Position numbers and translations under genes: made by a program. From the IMG/VR virus record IMGVR_UViG_3300017911_002159, positions 32,001-96,000 of that record: DNA of 64,000 nucleotides. The stretch is one strand, 5' to 3'. The stretch is from a virus. Its lineage: Duplodnaviria > Caudoviricetes. Positions 41,789 to 50,652 of the stretch are shown one piece after another (the stretch's first letter is position 1; every line of letters starts with the position of its first letter). The notes under the pieces are model-generated. The model had not been told where the DNA came from. It was given only the letters and a program-made list of their open reading frames with translations, and did not search any database.

Positions 41789-42524
41789 TAAGTTAGCATT
41801 AAACGTTGATACAAACGGAGACGTGACTAATGACGGTCTTGCCGTTGCATATTCCTCTAATGGTTATACCACTTCTACGTTTGTCTCGAACACATACTTT
41901 CAGAACAACAACAATCCCAATGCCGTAACAAATGGTTACTTCCAAGCAACCTACACGGCTTCAGATGTTCTTACAAAAATTAAAACTGTCGATGGAGCCG
42001 GATCTGGTTTAGACGCTGATCTTTTAGATGGTTCCAACTCATCTTTCTTCTTAGATGCTTCAAACATTAATGCTGGTACTTTAGCTTCAGGTAGATTGTC
42101 CGGTACATACGCTATTAATATTTCTGGTGACGCTGACACTGTAGATGGTATTGAGGCAACTTCTTTAGTTTCTAACAACTCTCTGAATACCAGACTTGGT
42201 GGGTTTGTATCTAATAACTACATTGACAATCAGCTTAGTACTAGAATCGGCATTAGGGCTACCAATACCTACGTCCAAGCTACGTTCACTTCAAACAACT
42301 ATATTGATACTTTAAATGTTGTATCGAACAACTATTTTCAGGACAATGCTGGTGGTGGAGCTACTGGTGGAGGTTCTGACGAAATATTTTTCGAAAACGA
42401 ACAAACTGTTACAACAAACTATTCAATTACTTCGGGGAAGAATGCAATGTCGGCTGGACCCATATCTATTAACAGTGGTGTTACTGTAACAGTACCATCC
42501 GGATCAGAATGGACTATTGTATAA
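41766..42524 (+). CDS. Fibre/whisker-like protein with SNN repeats
   Basis: DGAGSGLDADLLDG fibre motif; C-terminal GATGGGSD.IF.EN...NAMSAGPI.I.SG.TVT.P. Confidence 0.7.
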   Translation: MSVNKNLSKLALNVDTNGDVTNDGLAVAYSSNGYTTSTFVSNTYFQNNNNPNAVTNGYFQATYTASDVLTKIKTVDGAGSGLDADLLDGSNSSFFLDASNINAGTLASGRLSGTYAINISGDADTVDGIEATSLVSNNSLNTRLGGFVSNNYIDNQLSTRIGIRATNTYVQATFTSNNYIDTLNVVSNNYFQDNAGGGATGGGSDEIFFENEQTVTTNYSITSGKNAMSAGPISINSGVTVTVPSGSEWTIV

Positions 42525-43036
42525 TGAGCAAATTGAGACTTTACGGAACAACATCCGGTTACAAAGATTTAGTAGTACCTGCAGTATCTGATAACGCTGA
42601 AGTAAACATTGGCAACTTTGCTGCTAACTCATACCTACAAGATGCTTTAGGAAGCGCTGGGGTTCCTTCCGGAACAAAACAAATTTTTGTACAATCAGCA
42701 GCACCTACAGGATGGACTAAAGACACAACACATAATGACAAAGCTATGAGAGTGGTATCAGGATCTGTAAGCTCCGGAGGTTCCGATGCCTTCACAACTA
42801 CGTTTGGCTCTGGCAAAACAACAGCAGCACATACGCTTACTACTGATGAAATGCCTGCCCACACACACTCTTATAGTGCAGGGGTATCTACTACTAGAGG
42901 TAGTGGAGGTACATTTACCAGCTCTCAGCCCTCTGGTCAAACGACAGGTTCTACCGGCGGCGGAGGATCACACTCTCATAACCTTTCTGGTTTTGATCTA
43001 CAATATGTAGATGTAATTATAGCAACTAAGGATTAA
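42524..43036 (+). CDS. Short tail-fibre tip/collar-like protein
   Basis: APTGWTK; HTLT..EMPAHTH; TGGGGSH.H; YVDVIIA.KD. Confidence 0.75.
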   Translation: MSKLRLYGTTSGYKDLVVPAVSDNAEVNIGNFAANSYLQDALGSAGVPSGTKQIFVQSAAPTGWTKDTTHNDKAMRVVSGSVSSGGSDAFTTTFGSGKTTAAHTLTTDEMPAHTHSYSAGVSTTRGSGGTFTSSQPSGQTTGSTGGGGSHSHNLSGFDLQYVDVIIATKD

Positions 43037-43038
43037 TT

Positions 43039-43284
43039 ATGAAACTTTCTATCATTCCTGAAGACAACTCTATTGTAAAAAATGGAAATGGTTTGCTCTT
43101 CTCTAACAATCTAAACGATTACCTTTCTACCAACATTCCTTCCGATGTTCATGCATTACAATGGAATGAAAACTCTGGAGAAATTGAATATGTAGAACAA
43201 GGAAGAGAAAATGAAACAATTTCAGCTCTGCCTGATTGGGCAACAGAGTGCTCCGACCTGCATACAACCACCATTGCCTCCTAA
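43039..43284 (+). CDS. Fibre-associated small protein
   Basis: VHALQW...GEIEY motif; lies in the fibre cassette. Confidence 0.55.
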   Translation: MKLSIIPEDNSIVKNGNGLLFSNNLNDYLSTNIPSDVHALQWNENSGEIEYVEQGRENETISALPDWATECSDLHTTTIAS

Positions 43285-43310
43285 GATAACGCTTAATAAA
43301 AATATATATT

Positions 43311-43640
43311 ATGAAATTTGAATCTAAACAAAATTGTCCGTTAAATAATTTTGAACCTTGTAAGCAGTTAGAATGTGCTTGGTTTATTCAGCTAAGAGGG
43401 AACAATCCAAACACTGGTGAGGAAGTTGATGAGTGGGGTTGTGCTATTGCTTGGCAACCTATACTTGCCATTGAGGGAGCACAACAAATGAGACAAACTG
43501 GTGCTGCGGTAGAAAGCTTGAGAAATGAGTCGGTAAAAGCTAATCAACAGAACTTAATGGCTTTATATGACATAGCATCAGTCAATCCTCCTGCAAAAAT
43601 ATTAATTAATGATGATAGTGAAAATTTAAATGAAGATTGA
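43311..43640 (+). CDS. Cys-rich conserved phage protein
   Basis: CPL....C....CAW..LRG.NPNTG..VDEWGCAIAW...GAAVES.RNE. Confidence 0.65.
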   Translation: MKFESKQNCPLNNFEPCKQLECAWFIQLRGNNPNTGEEVDEWGCAIAWQPILAIEGAQQMRQTGAAVESLRNESVKANQQNLMALYDIASVNPPAKILINDDSENLNED

Positions 43641-43731
43641 ATTTAGAATAGAAAAAGCATTATTAGATGTTGCTCCTTTTCTGGGTGGTATAGAAGATTC
43701 GCCCACAGTAAAAAAAGATATGATTAACTAA
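43630..43731 (+). pseudogene. Internally deleted remnant of a paralog of 44651-45409
   Basis: The 5' frame reads MKIEFRIEKALLDVAP and a shifted frame reads SGWYRRFAHSKKRYD*. These match the two ends of the 252-aa gene. Confidence 0.7.
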
Positions 43732-43732
43732 G

Positions 43733-43740
43733 TATAAATA
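43733..43740 (+). promoter_or_regulatory. Late promoter TATAAATA
   Basis: Exact consensus upstream of the GAGG RBS of 43773. Confidence 0.8.
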
Positions 43741-43772
43741 GCTAAAAGGTATCTACGTAAAAGAGGAACAAC

Positions 43773-44636
43773 ATGAGTGTTTTAAAAGTTTCAGCTATTA
43801 AGAACAATAGCGCTTCATCAAACAACTTGGTGCTGAACACTGATGGTTCTCTTACTTTGGGGACCGGCGGTGACTTGGTTGCTAACAACTCCTTAAACAC
43901 AAGACTTGGTGGATTTACTTCTAACAACTCCTTAAACACAAGACTTGGTGGATTTGTTTCTAACAACTTCTTCCAAGACAATCAGCCATCCTCTTTTGGT
44001 GTTGTTAGTGCTACTGTTGTAAATGGCAGTGCATCTGGAACTTATACAGTTCCAGCAGGTATCAATTATATAGCCGGTGTTGTTGTAGGTGGAGGTGGTG
44101 GAGGCGGTGCAAACATAGATAACTCTAATGCTCCCGGCGGCGGCGACGGTGGCGGAGGAGGTATTTGTGGATTTGGGTTTGGAGTAACACCCGGAGCAAC
44201 ATACAATTATTCTATTGGCGCTGGAGGCAACAGGGCTACTTATGGAAACAATTTTACTAACGCAGGCTCAGGTGGCACATCTAATTTTAGTGGAAACACG
44301 TTTAGAGGCAATGGCGGGTCAGCAGGAGGGAATAGTACTTCTAACGTCCAGACTAACGCTGCAGCACTAGGTGGCAATGGTTCAGGTGGTACAATAAACG
44401 TTACTGGCACAACTGGTACTGCTTTACATGGGGGACGAATTCATAAAGGAATAGTTCATGGTGTATTGGGTGCCTTGGGAGGCACTACAGTTGACAAAAA
44501 TGGAACTATATTATCTAATGCATCGAATATCGGCAGTGCTGGAGTGGGTCAGGGCGGTAGTGGAAGTTCTGGTGGGTTCTCTGAAGATGGTAGCGCAGGT
44601 AGCGCAGGGTCATTAATAGTATATGAATTTAGTTAA
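43773..44636 (+). CDS. Glycine-rich fibre/adhesin-like protein
   Basis: MS.LKV..I; YTVPAG....VVGGGGGG; polyglycine tracts. Confidence 0.7.
   Translation: MSVLKVSAIKNNSASSNNLVLNTDGSLTLGTGGDLVANNSLNTRLGGFTSNNSLNTRLGGFVSNNFFQDNQPSSFGVVSATVVNGSASGTYTVPAGINYIAGVVVGGGGGGGANIDNSNAPGGGDGGGGGICGFGFGVTPGATYNYSIGAGGNRATYGNNFTNAGSGGTSNFSGNTFRGNGGSAGGNSTSNVQTNAAALGGNGSGGTINVTGTTGTALHGGRIHKGIVHGVLGALGGTTVDKNGTILSNASNIGSAGVGQGGSGSSGGFSEDGSAGSAGSLIVYEFS
43882..43968 (+). repeat. Near-perfect 39-bp tandem duplication (NNSLNTRLGGF[TV]S)
   Basis: CTAACAACTCCTTAAACACAAGACTTGGTGGATTT at 43882 and 43921; partial third copy at 43960. Confidence 0.9.
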
Positions 44637-44650
44637 ATATTAAAAGGTAC

Positions 44651-45409
44651 ATGATGAACATTATTGAATTTAGTATTGATGAGAGATTGTTTGGCGTAAT
44701 GCCAGAGCCTGTACCATCAAAAAAGATGGTTCCGTCTTGGTATAAAAAAATGAGTCCTTTTATAGACCAAGAAAAAAAGTTTGCTCGTGTCCTGTCTTTA
44801 GAAGATCAACAATTGCAAAACAATTCCACTATGAAGGCCTGTATTCCAATTAGAGATTCTATAGTTTCTGGTTACACATTAACACTTCCAGTTGATGTTA
44901 TGGTAAATCGTGTAAAAAAAGAAACGCCTTCCGGTCTTCAAGATGAATTATTATTCAGTTGGGGGCTTGGCGGTGATTCAGGATTTGATAATGCTGTTGA
45001 AGGACATTCAATTAATCAAATAAAAAACTCTCCGTTGGAGCAAGCTGCTGTTGGAGAAGGTTTATATAAATTTAATAACCCTTGGCGAATAAAGACGCCT
45101 CCCGGATATTCATGCTATTTTTACTCACCACCGTATCATAATCTTCCATATGAAGTCTTACCGGCCATAGTAGACACTGATGGAATCCACGAAGTAAATT
45201 TTCCATTTATTTGGAAAACTAAGGATGAGGCTGTAAAGTTAAAAAAAGGCCTACCAATGATTCAACTTTACCCCTTCAAGAGAGAAGAGTGGAAATCAGA
45301 AATAAAATCTCATTCTTCATTAGAAACATTAAAAGACAAATCCAATTTTCTTTCATACTTAGGTAATTGGTATAGAGATTTTGTTCATAAAAAGAAAAGA
45401 TTTGATTGA
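44651..45409 (+). CDS. Conserved phage protein (DUF6065-like)
   Basis: P.WYK; T.K.C.P..D....GY; KF.NPW.IKTPPGYS; IVDTD; G.PM.Q..PFKRE.W. Confidence 0.65.
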   Translation: MMNIIEFSIDERLFGVMPEPVPSKKMVPSWYKKMSPFIDQEKKFARVLSLEDQQLQNNSTMKACIPIRDSIVSGYTLTLPVDVMVNRVKKETPSGLQDELLFSWGLGGDSGFDNAVEGHSINQIKNSPLEQAAVGEGLYKFNNPWRIKTPPGYSCYFYSPPYHNLPYEVLPAIVDTDGIHEVNFPFIWKTKDEAVKLKKGLPMIQLYPFKREEWKSEIKSHSSLETLKDKSNFLSYLGNWYRDFVHKKKRFD

Positions 45410-45442
45410 TAAATATGGTAAAGAATTTTTACAGGAAAAGTC

Positions 45443-45844
45443 ATGCCTTACTTATTAATTAGAACTGATTTAAATACCATTGATGAAAAATCAGAAACAT
45501 CTCAGACGCCTAGGGTAGATCAAACAGAATTAGAAGTAAGTAATGATATTTACAATTCAGTAAATATAAATGATTGGTTTTTTGCCAACAATTATCACGT
45601 AGAGGCTCGTCACTTACAATTTGAGGATGGAGTGTTCCGTCAAAAAACTGCTGATGAAGTAATGTTTGATATTAGAGTATCAAGAAGAGAATTGTTAAGT
45701 GGTAGCGATTGGACTATCTTACCTGATTCTCCTTTAACTACTTCTAAAAAAACAGAATGGCAAACTTACAGACAGCAACTTAGGGATCTTCCTACAAGCA
45801 ACACAAATCCATTTGATATTGATTTCCCTGCTGAACCAAGTTAA
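45443..45844 (+). CDS. Tail fibre assembly chaperone-like protein
   Basis: R..LL..SDWT.LPD.P....W..YRQ.LRDLP......FP..P. Confidence 0.8.
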   Translation: MPYLLIRTDLNTIDEKSETSQTPRVDQTELEVSNDIYNSVNINDWFFANNYHVEARHLQFEDGVFRQKTADEVMFDIRVSRRELLSGSDWTILPDSPLTTSKKTEWQTYRQQLRDLPTSNTNPFDIDFPAEPS

Positions 45845-45881
45845 TAAATAATAAACAGTATAAAATTAAGTTGGGGTACAA

Positions 45882-46679
45882 ATGGCTACTACAATATCTG
45901 GATCTACTGGAATAAACACGCAGGACATTGTATCCGATGATGCTATTACTGCCAATGGTACTATTACGGCTAACAACTTAGTTGTTGATGATGGCGGCGG
46001 TGTTGGTCCTACGGTAGACATTAAAGGCGGCGGAACGTCTACAGATGCTCCAGCAGATAATGAGCAAACATTATACTTAAGAACAAGAAACGGTACAGTA
46101 GGTCTTTCTACTGGTATTGGTTTCTGGGGTACTTTTGAAACTGGTTCTGATACAAACGCCAGAAGAGCCGCCGATATGAGAGCTGGGTTCAACAATGGAG
46201 ACGGTGCTTGGGGCAATGAGTACATGACCTTCAACGTTGGTATCAACGATGGAGCTAATACCAACGATTCTGCAGCAATGACGACAGAACGTCTTAGAAT
46301 TACTAAGACGGCTATAACAGCAAACGTTGATATTGAAGATACAGTAGGTAATGTAAGAACACCTCGGTATACACAACTAACTGGAGCCTCAAACACCAAT
46401 CTTACCAATGAAGGTGTTTACGTGGTAGATGGTTCCTCGACATTTTCTCAAATAATTATCGGTACAGGTGCAACCCTAACTGCTGGCACCATTATGACAA
46501 TTTATAATAACAGATCAACATCAGTAACTATCTCTAGAGGATCAATCCCTAACATGAGAAAAGCTGCAGATGGTGACTACACTAACTATGCTACACTCAC
46601 ATTAGGTAGAAACTCTGTTACGACAGTTACGATGTTTTTTAATGGCTTGATTGTCCTTACTGGTACGGATATTACATAA
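45882..46679 (+). CDS. Fibre-like structural protein
   Basis: MATTISGSTGI; TERLRIT; D..G.VR motifs; AATAAATA upstream. Confidence 0.6.
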   Translation: MATTISGSTGINTQDIVSDDAITANGTITANNLVVDDGGGVGPTVDIKGGGTSTDAPADNEQTLYLRTRNGTVGLSTGIGFWGTFETGSDTNARRAADMRAGFNNGDGAWGNEYMTFNVGINDGANTNDSAAMTTERLRITKTAITANVDIEDTVGNVRTPRYTQLTGASNTNLTNEGVYVVDGSSTFSQIIIGTGATLTAGTIMTIYNNRSTSVTISRGSIPNMRKAADGDYTNYATLTLGRNSVTTVTMFFNGLIVLTGTDIT

Positions 46680-47383
46680 TGAGTTCTATTCTTCTTGCTG
46701 CTACTAATGTATTCGGCGGTGGTGCAGTGACATCTTTCACTCACGTTGCTGCTTCATACGAGAGAACTACAGGCTCTACAACAACAAAAACATTTACACC
46801 TCCTGCAGGTGCACAGTCTGGCGATCTTCTGATATTGGCATCCTTTGTAGATGACGGAGCTCGTACAATATCAACACCGCCTTCTGGTTGGACTGAGATT
46901 GGCAATAATACTTCTGGGAGCGAGTACCCAGAGGGATATTCTTATTATCAGATTTACAATGGTACAGATTCGTCGTGGACAGCAACATGGTCTGGGGCCG
47001 AACACAGTGCGGGTGTCGTAGTAGCCTTTAGGCCAGACAATGCAATCACGACAGTAACAACAGAACAATTCCAAGAGTCTGATGGCCCATCATCTCTATC
47101 TGATACGATTAGCTCTGTGACTGATACAAATGCTCCGGGTGGTAGAATCTATATGTATTTCCTTCTTGGAAGACCATTGAGTTCTTCAATTCAAAATCCT
47201 ACACCTTCATTCTCTCCAAGCTCTGGTTGGACACACGTAGACGGTGATCCTCTGTTTGCAGACGACTATATGGACTATGCTTATAAGTTAGATTCTGCTG
47301 GTGATTCATTTGTATCCACGACCATCAGTACTAATGATACGGGCCGACAGGCACAACACTTTTTCATTGTAAATGCAGTATAA
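46679..47383 (+). CDS. Putative adhesin/fibre-tip protein
   Basis: P.G.Q.GDLLI; TPPSGWT; Ser/Thr-rich; coupled to the preceding gene. Confidence 0.5.
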   Translation: MSSILLAATNVFGGGAVTSFTHVAASYERTTGSTTTKTFTPPAGAQSGDLLILASFVDDGARTISTPPSGWTEIGNNTSGSEYPEGYSYYQIYNGTDSSWTATWSGAEHSAGVVVAFRPDNAITTVTTEQFQESDGPSSLSDTISSVTDTNAPGGRIYMYFLLGRPLSSSIQNPTPSFSPSSGWTHVDGDPLFADDYMDYAYKLDSAGDSFVSTTISTNDTGRQAQHFFIVNAV

Positions 47384-47403
47384 CTTTATCCTAAGGAAAT
47401 TAA

Positions 47404-47814
47404 ATGTTTGGCTTGATACAGAGGATAGGATTCCTCGCTTTTTTATTAGTCCCTTCTTTTGCTCAGGCCGAAGAGATTCAGCCTGAGTTTTTTATTCATG
47501 ACTTAACAAATGCTACAGCATTGTTTAAAGCAGCAGACATGGGATGTGGAACCGTAGATGAAGATGTTTACAAATTTTTAATCAGAGGTTCTGCTGACTA
47601 TCTGATGGAGACTGGTGCCTCAAGAATTCTTGCTGCACAGATGTTAAATGCTTTGGCAATTGAAATTGTTCAAAGTACAGAAAGATACATTAATTATCAC
47701 GGTTGTGATAAATTTAACTCAGTTATGTTTGAGTTCAAAGACGATTACAAGATACTTAATGACGTTTTTGAAATATATAACATTTCGTTTGACAGTGAAG
47801 AAATACAGTTGTAA
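47404..47814 (+). CDS. Exported protein with a signal peptide
   Basis: Hydrophobic N-terminus ending in AQA. Confidence 0.55.
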   Translation: MFGLIQRIGFLAFLLVPSFAQAEEIQPEFFIHDLTNATALFKAADMGCGTVDEDVYKFLIRGSADYLMETGASRILAAQMLNALAIEIVQSTERYINYHGCDKFNSVMFEFKDDYKILNDVFEIYNISFDSEEIQL

Positions 47815-47821
47815 ATAAATA

Positions 47822-48076
47822 GTTGTGTTCTTGTTGAGGATTCGACAAAAGCTATGCAGGACAGGAGTGCAAATCTCCTCACCTCCACCACAAGCATATT
47901 AAGGTATGTTTCTGATGGGGGTGACTTAGGATCGACTGGTAGTAAGTAGCTTATCTGAGAGAGCAAAAAAAATAGTTGCTAATAACTATGACAAACCTTC
48001 CGTAGCTCTTGCAGCATAACGGGTTGGGCTTGATTCGGGGAGCCTAGAAACAGAAGGGGGATAACTTATCCCCCAC
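47822..48076 (+). ncRNA. ssrA: Circularly permuted (two-piece) tmRNA
   Basis: The acceptor piece has a T-arm AGGAG/TGCAAAT/CTCCT and ends CACCTCC-A-CCA (47890). A 26-nt spacer follows. The coding piece starts GGGGGTG (47917), giving G3-U70. Tag reading frame 47978-48019 = ANNYDKPSVALAA*. Outer boundaries are approximate. Confidence 0.9.
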
Positions 48077-48126
48077 TCGATCTTCTCTTCCATAAATAGT
48101 AAGATAATTTTTTTTAGGAGGTAATA

Positions 48127-48774
48127 ATGAAAAAACTTCTTTTAGGGATGACTGCTTTGGTTGCAGTTTCCTCTACTGCTATGGCTCAAGAGGCGGCTGC
48201 TCCTGCACCTTCTCTGACCAATGCTTATGTCGGTGTTTCGACAAGCCTTGAAGGTACTGCTGACTGGACTCTGGGTTCGGAAATCAACCTTTCTGGTCTG
48301 AATGGTTACGGTGAACTCAAGTACAAGGACCGTGTTGATGCTGCTGGTGACCCTGCAGACGACTATGTTGTTACTCTGGGTTCCAAGCTTTCTGTAGCTG
48401 GTCTGGGTCTGAAGACTGGTGTTAGCTACGAATGGGGTTCCACTTCCGGTGCTGATCTTATCGGTCGTGGTGACGGTAACACTTGGGGTGACCTGACTTC
48501 TAACACAGAATTCTCTGTTTCTCCCGGTGTCATCGGTGGCGAGTTTGTCTGGCTTGGTGCTACGATGAATCTTGCTTCTGATGGTGAGATCGATCTTGGC
48601 TGGGGCGGTGCAAACTACGGCTTTGGCTACAAGCATGACCTCAACGAAAGAGCTTCAATTTCTGCAAGCTACGGTTGGAATGTATCTGTTGTTGACGATG
48701 GTGACGATGCTACTGTAAATGATTGGGTAACTGAATCTACTGGTCTGAAACTTGGTGTAGGGTTCAAGTTCTAA
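48127..48774 (+). CDS. Outer-membrane beta-barrel (porin-like) protein
   Basis: Signal peptide MKKLLL...AMA; alternating beta strands; C-terminal LGVGFKF beta-signal; CATAAATA and AGGAGG upstream. Confidence 0.75.
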   Translation: MKKLLLGMTALVAVSSTAMAQEAAAPAPSLTNAYVGVSTSLEGTADWTLGSEINLSGLNGYGELKYKDRVDAAGDPADDYVVTLGSKLSVAGLGLKTGVSYEWGSTSGADLIGRGDGNTWGDLTSNTEFSVSPGVIGGEFVWLGATMNLASDGEIDLGWGGANYGFGYKHDLNERASISASYGWNVSVVDDGDDATVNDWVTESTGLKLGVGFKF

Positions 48775-48776
48775 AA

Positions 48777-49121
48777 ATGAAATATGCTTTGTTTGGCCTG
48801 TTGGCCGTGACTTTATCCGGTTGTGTAGTCACTTCTCGTAATTCTGAGGGTGACTACACTTCTCTCTCTATCCTCTCTGATAACCTTATTAGAGGTGATA
48901 TCTGTAACACCTTCTCTTTGACTGAAGAGCATGCTCTTTTGCATGAGTTGGATAATGAGGATGGTGAAATTCAAATCAAAGAAAGTCTTATAGAAAAATA
49001 CGGTCGATTAGCAGTCATTGATTGCTATGGTAAGATCGTTGACTTCCATAACTCTAGATCGATGCATGTGATTCAAGAGATGAAGGAAGTGCAAGACTTA
49101 TCGGAAGTCACTCCACTTTAA
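48777..49121 (+). CDS. Lipoprotein
   Basis: Lipobox LSG-C after a short hydrophobic leader. Confidence 0.6.
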   Translation: MKYALFGLLAVTLSGCVVTSRNSEGDYTSLSILSDNLIRGDICNTFSLTEEHALLHELDNEDGEIQIKESLIEKYGRLAVIDCYGKIVDFHNSRSMHVIQEMKEVQDLSEVTPL

Positions 49122-49174
49122 TTCCTAAATAGTAGCAGAAGAAATTTTGCTACTATTTTTTTTTGGAGTTTTAA

Positions 49175-50266
49175 ATGGCACAGAAAGGTGTTTTAGGCGG
49201 TCTTAGACTCGTAAAAATGGGAAGTCAGTGGGCGCAGCCTACTGGTATGTATGACGCCGGTGTTAGAAACAACGGTATTTTCCCAGCAGACCCAGATCCT
49301 GCAGCAAATGCAGGTAAATCTATCGATTGGTTAGACTACGAATCTTTCCTAGACCCAATCACAGGTAAAAGAATTTCTAGAAAAGAGGCATACGAGCAAG
49401 AACTTCTTGCTTTTGGTGATGGTCTTTATGTAGATCAGAAAACCAAAACAGCATTAGATCTTTTTTCCAAGTCAGATGTTTTTAAGAAAAGATTTACTTT
49501 CACCACAAGATGGGGTGTAAGACCAACAATCACGAACATCTTGGCTGGCGGTATCGATGATTCGTATCATGCAACTGGCGAAGCCGTTGATATTCAGCAT
49601 AACTTCGGAACAAATCTTTCTGGAGAAGCAACCAAAGATCTTCAGGATGTTATTATTCAAGCTCTTGCTTCTGGTTTCAGAGGTATCGGCTTCGGCCCTA
49701 CCCAATTCCATTTTGACACCAGACCCGGAAGAGGTGGTTTTTTAGGTTACGTATATCAAAACTGGCCAAAGAAGATCACTCCTATGTTCGTGATGCAGTC
49801 TATTTTAAGAGATAGAATTGCAGACGTAGAACTTTCTGAAGATGAAATTAAACGAATTGCTAGAGATACACCTTTAACAGATACTGATTCTGGCCGTTCT
49901 GGTAAGAGTAAAGCACAGATGTCAGAGGCAGACATCGAAAAATACATTAAACCGCTTTATGGTAAAGAAACAGAAGTTGTTAGAGTAAACACTGTAGGCA
50001 GAGATGTGGCTGTGATCTCTGTTGTTTTAGGTGTTCTTTTTGCCGGTATCTACGGTGCTCAAAGATTTTTTAGATCGAGAGCAAAAAAGAAAGAGACACA
50101 AAGACTCTTGCAAGATAGAAAAAGAAGAGTTATTATTTCTAAATTCAGAAATGAAAACAAAAGGGCAATTGCTAAAGCAAAGAATGATCCTGAACTTGCT
50201 GCACAGTTAGAGGATCAGCTTAAGTCTCAGTTTGCCCTTTATGACGTACCTTTTGAAGAACAATAA
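49175..50266 (+). CDS. Peptidase M15-like (Zn DD-peptidase fold) protein with a C-terminal TM helix
   Basis: SYHATGEAVDI and GIG...FHFDTR; TM VAVISVVLGVLFAGIYGA followed by a basic stretch. Confidence 0.7.
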   Translation: MAQKGVLGGLRLVKMGSQWAQPTGMYDAGVRNNGIFPADPDPAANAGKSIDWLDYESFLDPITGKRISRKEAYEQELLAFGDGLYVDQKTKTALDLFSKSDVFKKRFTFTTRWGVRPTITNILAGGIDDSYHATGEAVDIQHNFGTNLSGEATKDLQDVIIQALASGFRGIGFGPTQFHFDTRPGRGGFLGYVYQNWPKKITPMFVMQSILRDRIADVELSEDEIKRIARDTPLTDTDSGRSGKSKAQMSEADIEKYIKPLYGKETEVVRVNTVGRDVAVISVVLGVLFAGIYGAQRFFRSRAKKKETQRLLQDRKRRVIISKFRNENKRAIAKAKNDPELAAQLEDQLKSQFALYDVPFEEQ

Positions 50267-50279
50267 TTAGGGAATTATA

Positions 50280-50414
50280 ATGGCTAAAGTGGATTTGACG
50301 AAGAGTACAAGCAAACAGCATGTAAGAACTTCTATTGGTAAATCAGCAAACTCTAGACCTAACAACAAACAAAAACGTAGAGCTTGGAAAGCTTACAGAG
50401 GACAAGGAAAATAA
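50280..50414 (+). CDS. Small basic 44-aa protein (...YRGQGK), below the ORF-track cutoff
   Basis: MAKVDLTKSTSKQHVRTSIGKSANSRPNNKQKRRAWKAYRGQGK; the RGQG terminus is typical of a small conserved T4-like protein. Confidence 0.65.
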   Translation: MAKVDLTKSTSKQHVRTSIGKSANSRPNNKQKRRAWKAYRGQGK

Positions 50415-50415
50415 A

Positions 50416-50652
50416 ATGGCTAAAAAAGAAAAAGTATTATCGTCGGCATCAAGAACCTCTTCGGCACCTATTCAGGCAGCAAAGCCTGCAGCACCAGCAT
50501 CAAAGCCAGTTGCACAAGATACTTCTAACAAGTATAAAGAAGCTCTGGAAGCCATTGTTAAGGCTTCTGAGAAGGTTGCAAGTGCTACAGGTAACAGAAA
50601 CTTCAGAATCGAACTCAATCAGGCAATTTCGGCAGCTAAGGCTCTTCTGTGA
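50416..50652 (+). CDS. Hypothetical Ala/Lys-rich protein
   Basis: ATG 50416 after AAGGA, in frame with the 105-aa track ORF. Confidence 0.5.
   Translation: MAKKEKVLSSASRTSSAPIQAAKPAAPASKPVAQDTSNKYKEALEAIVKASEKVASATGNRNFRIELNQAISAAKALL

Noticed and set aside
47858-47930. Possible tRNA-Ala gene or attP fragment
   Set aside because: There is no anticodon arm and the halves are in permuted order with a tag ORF, so tmRNA explains it better. No integrase is present in the window.
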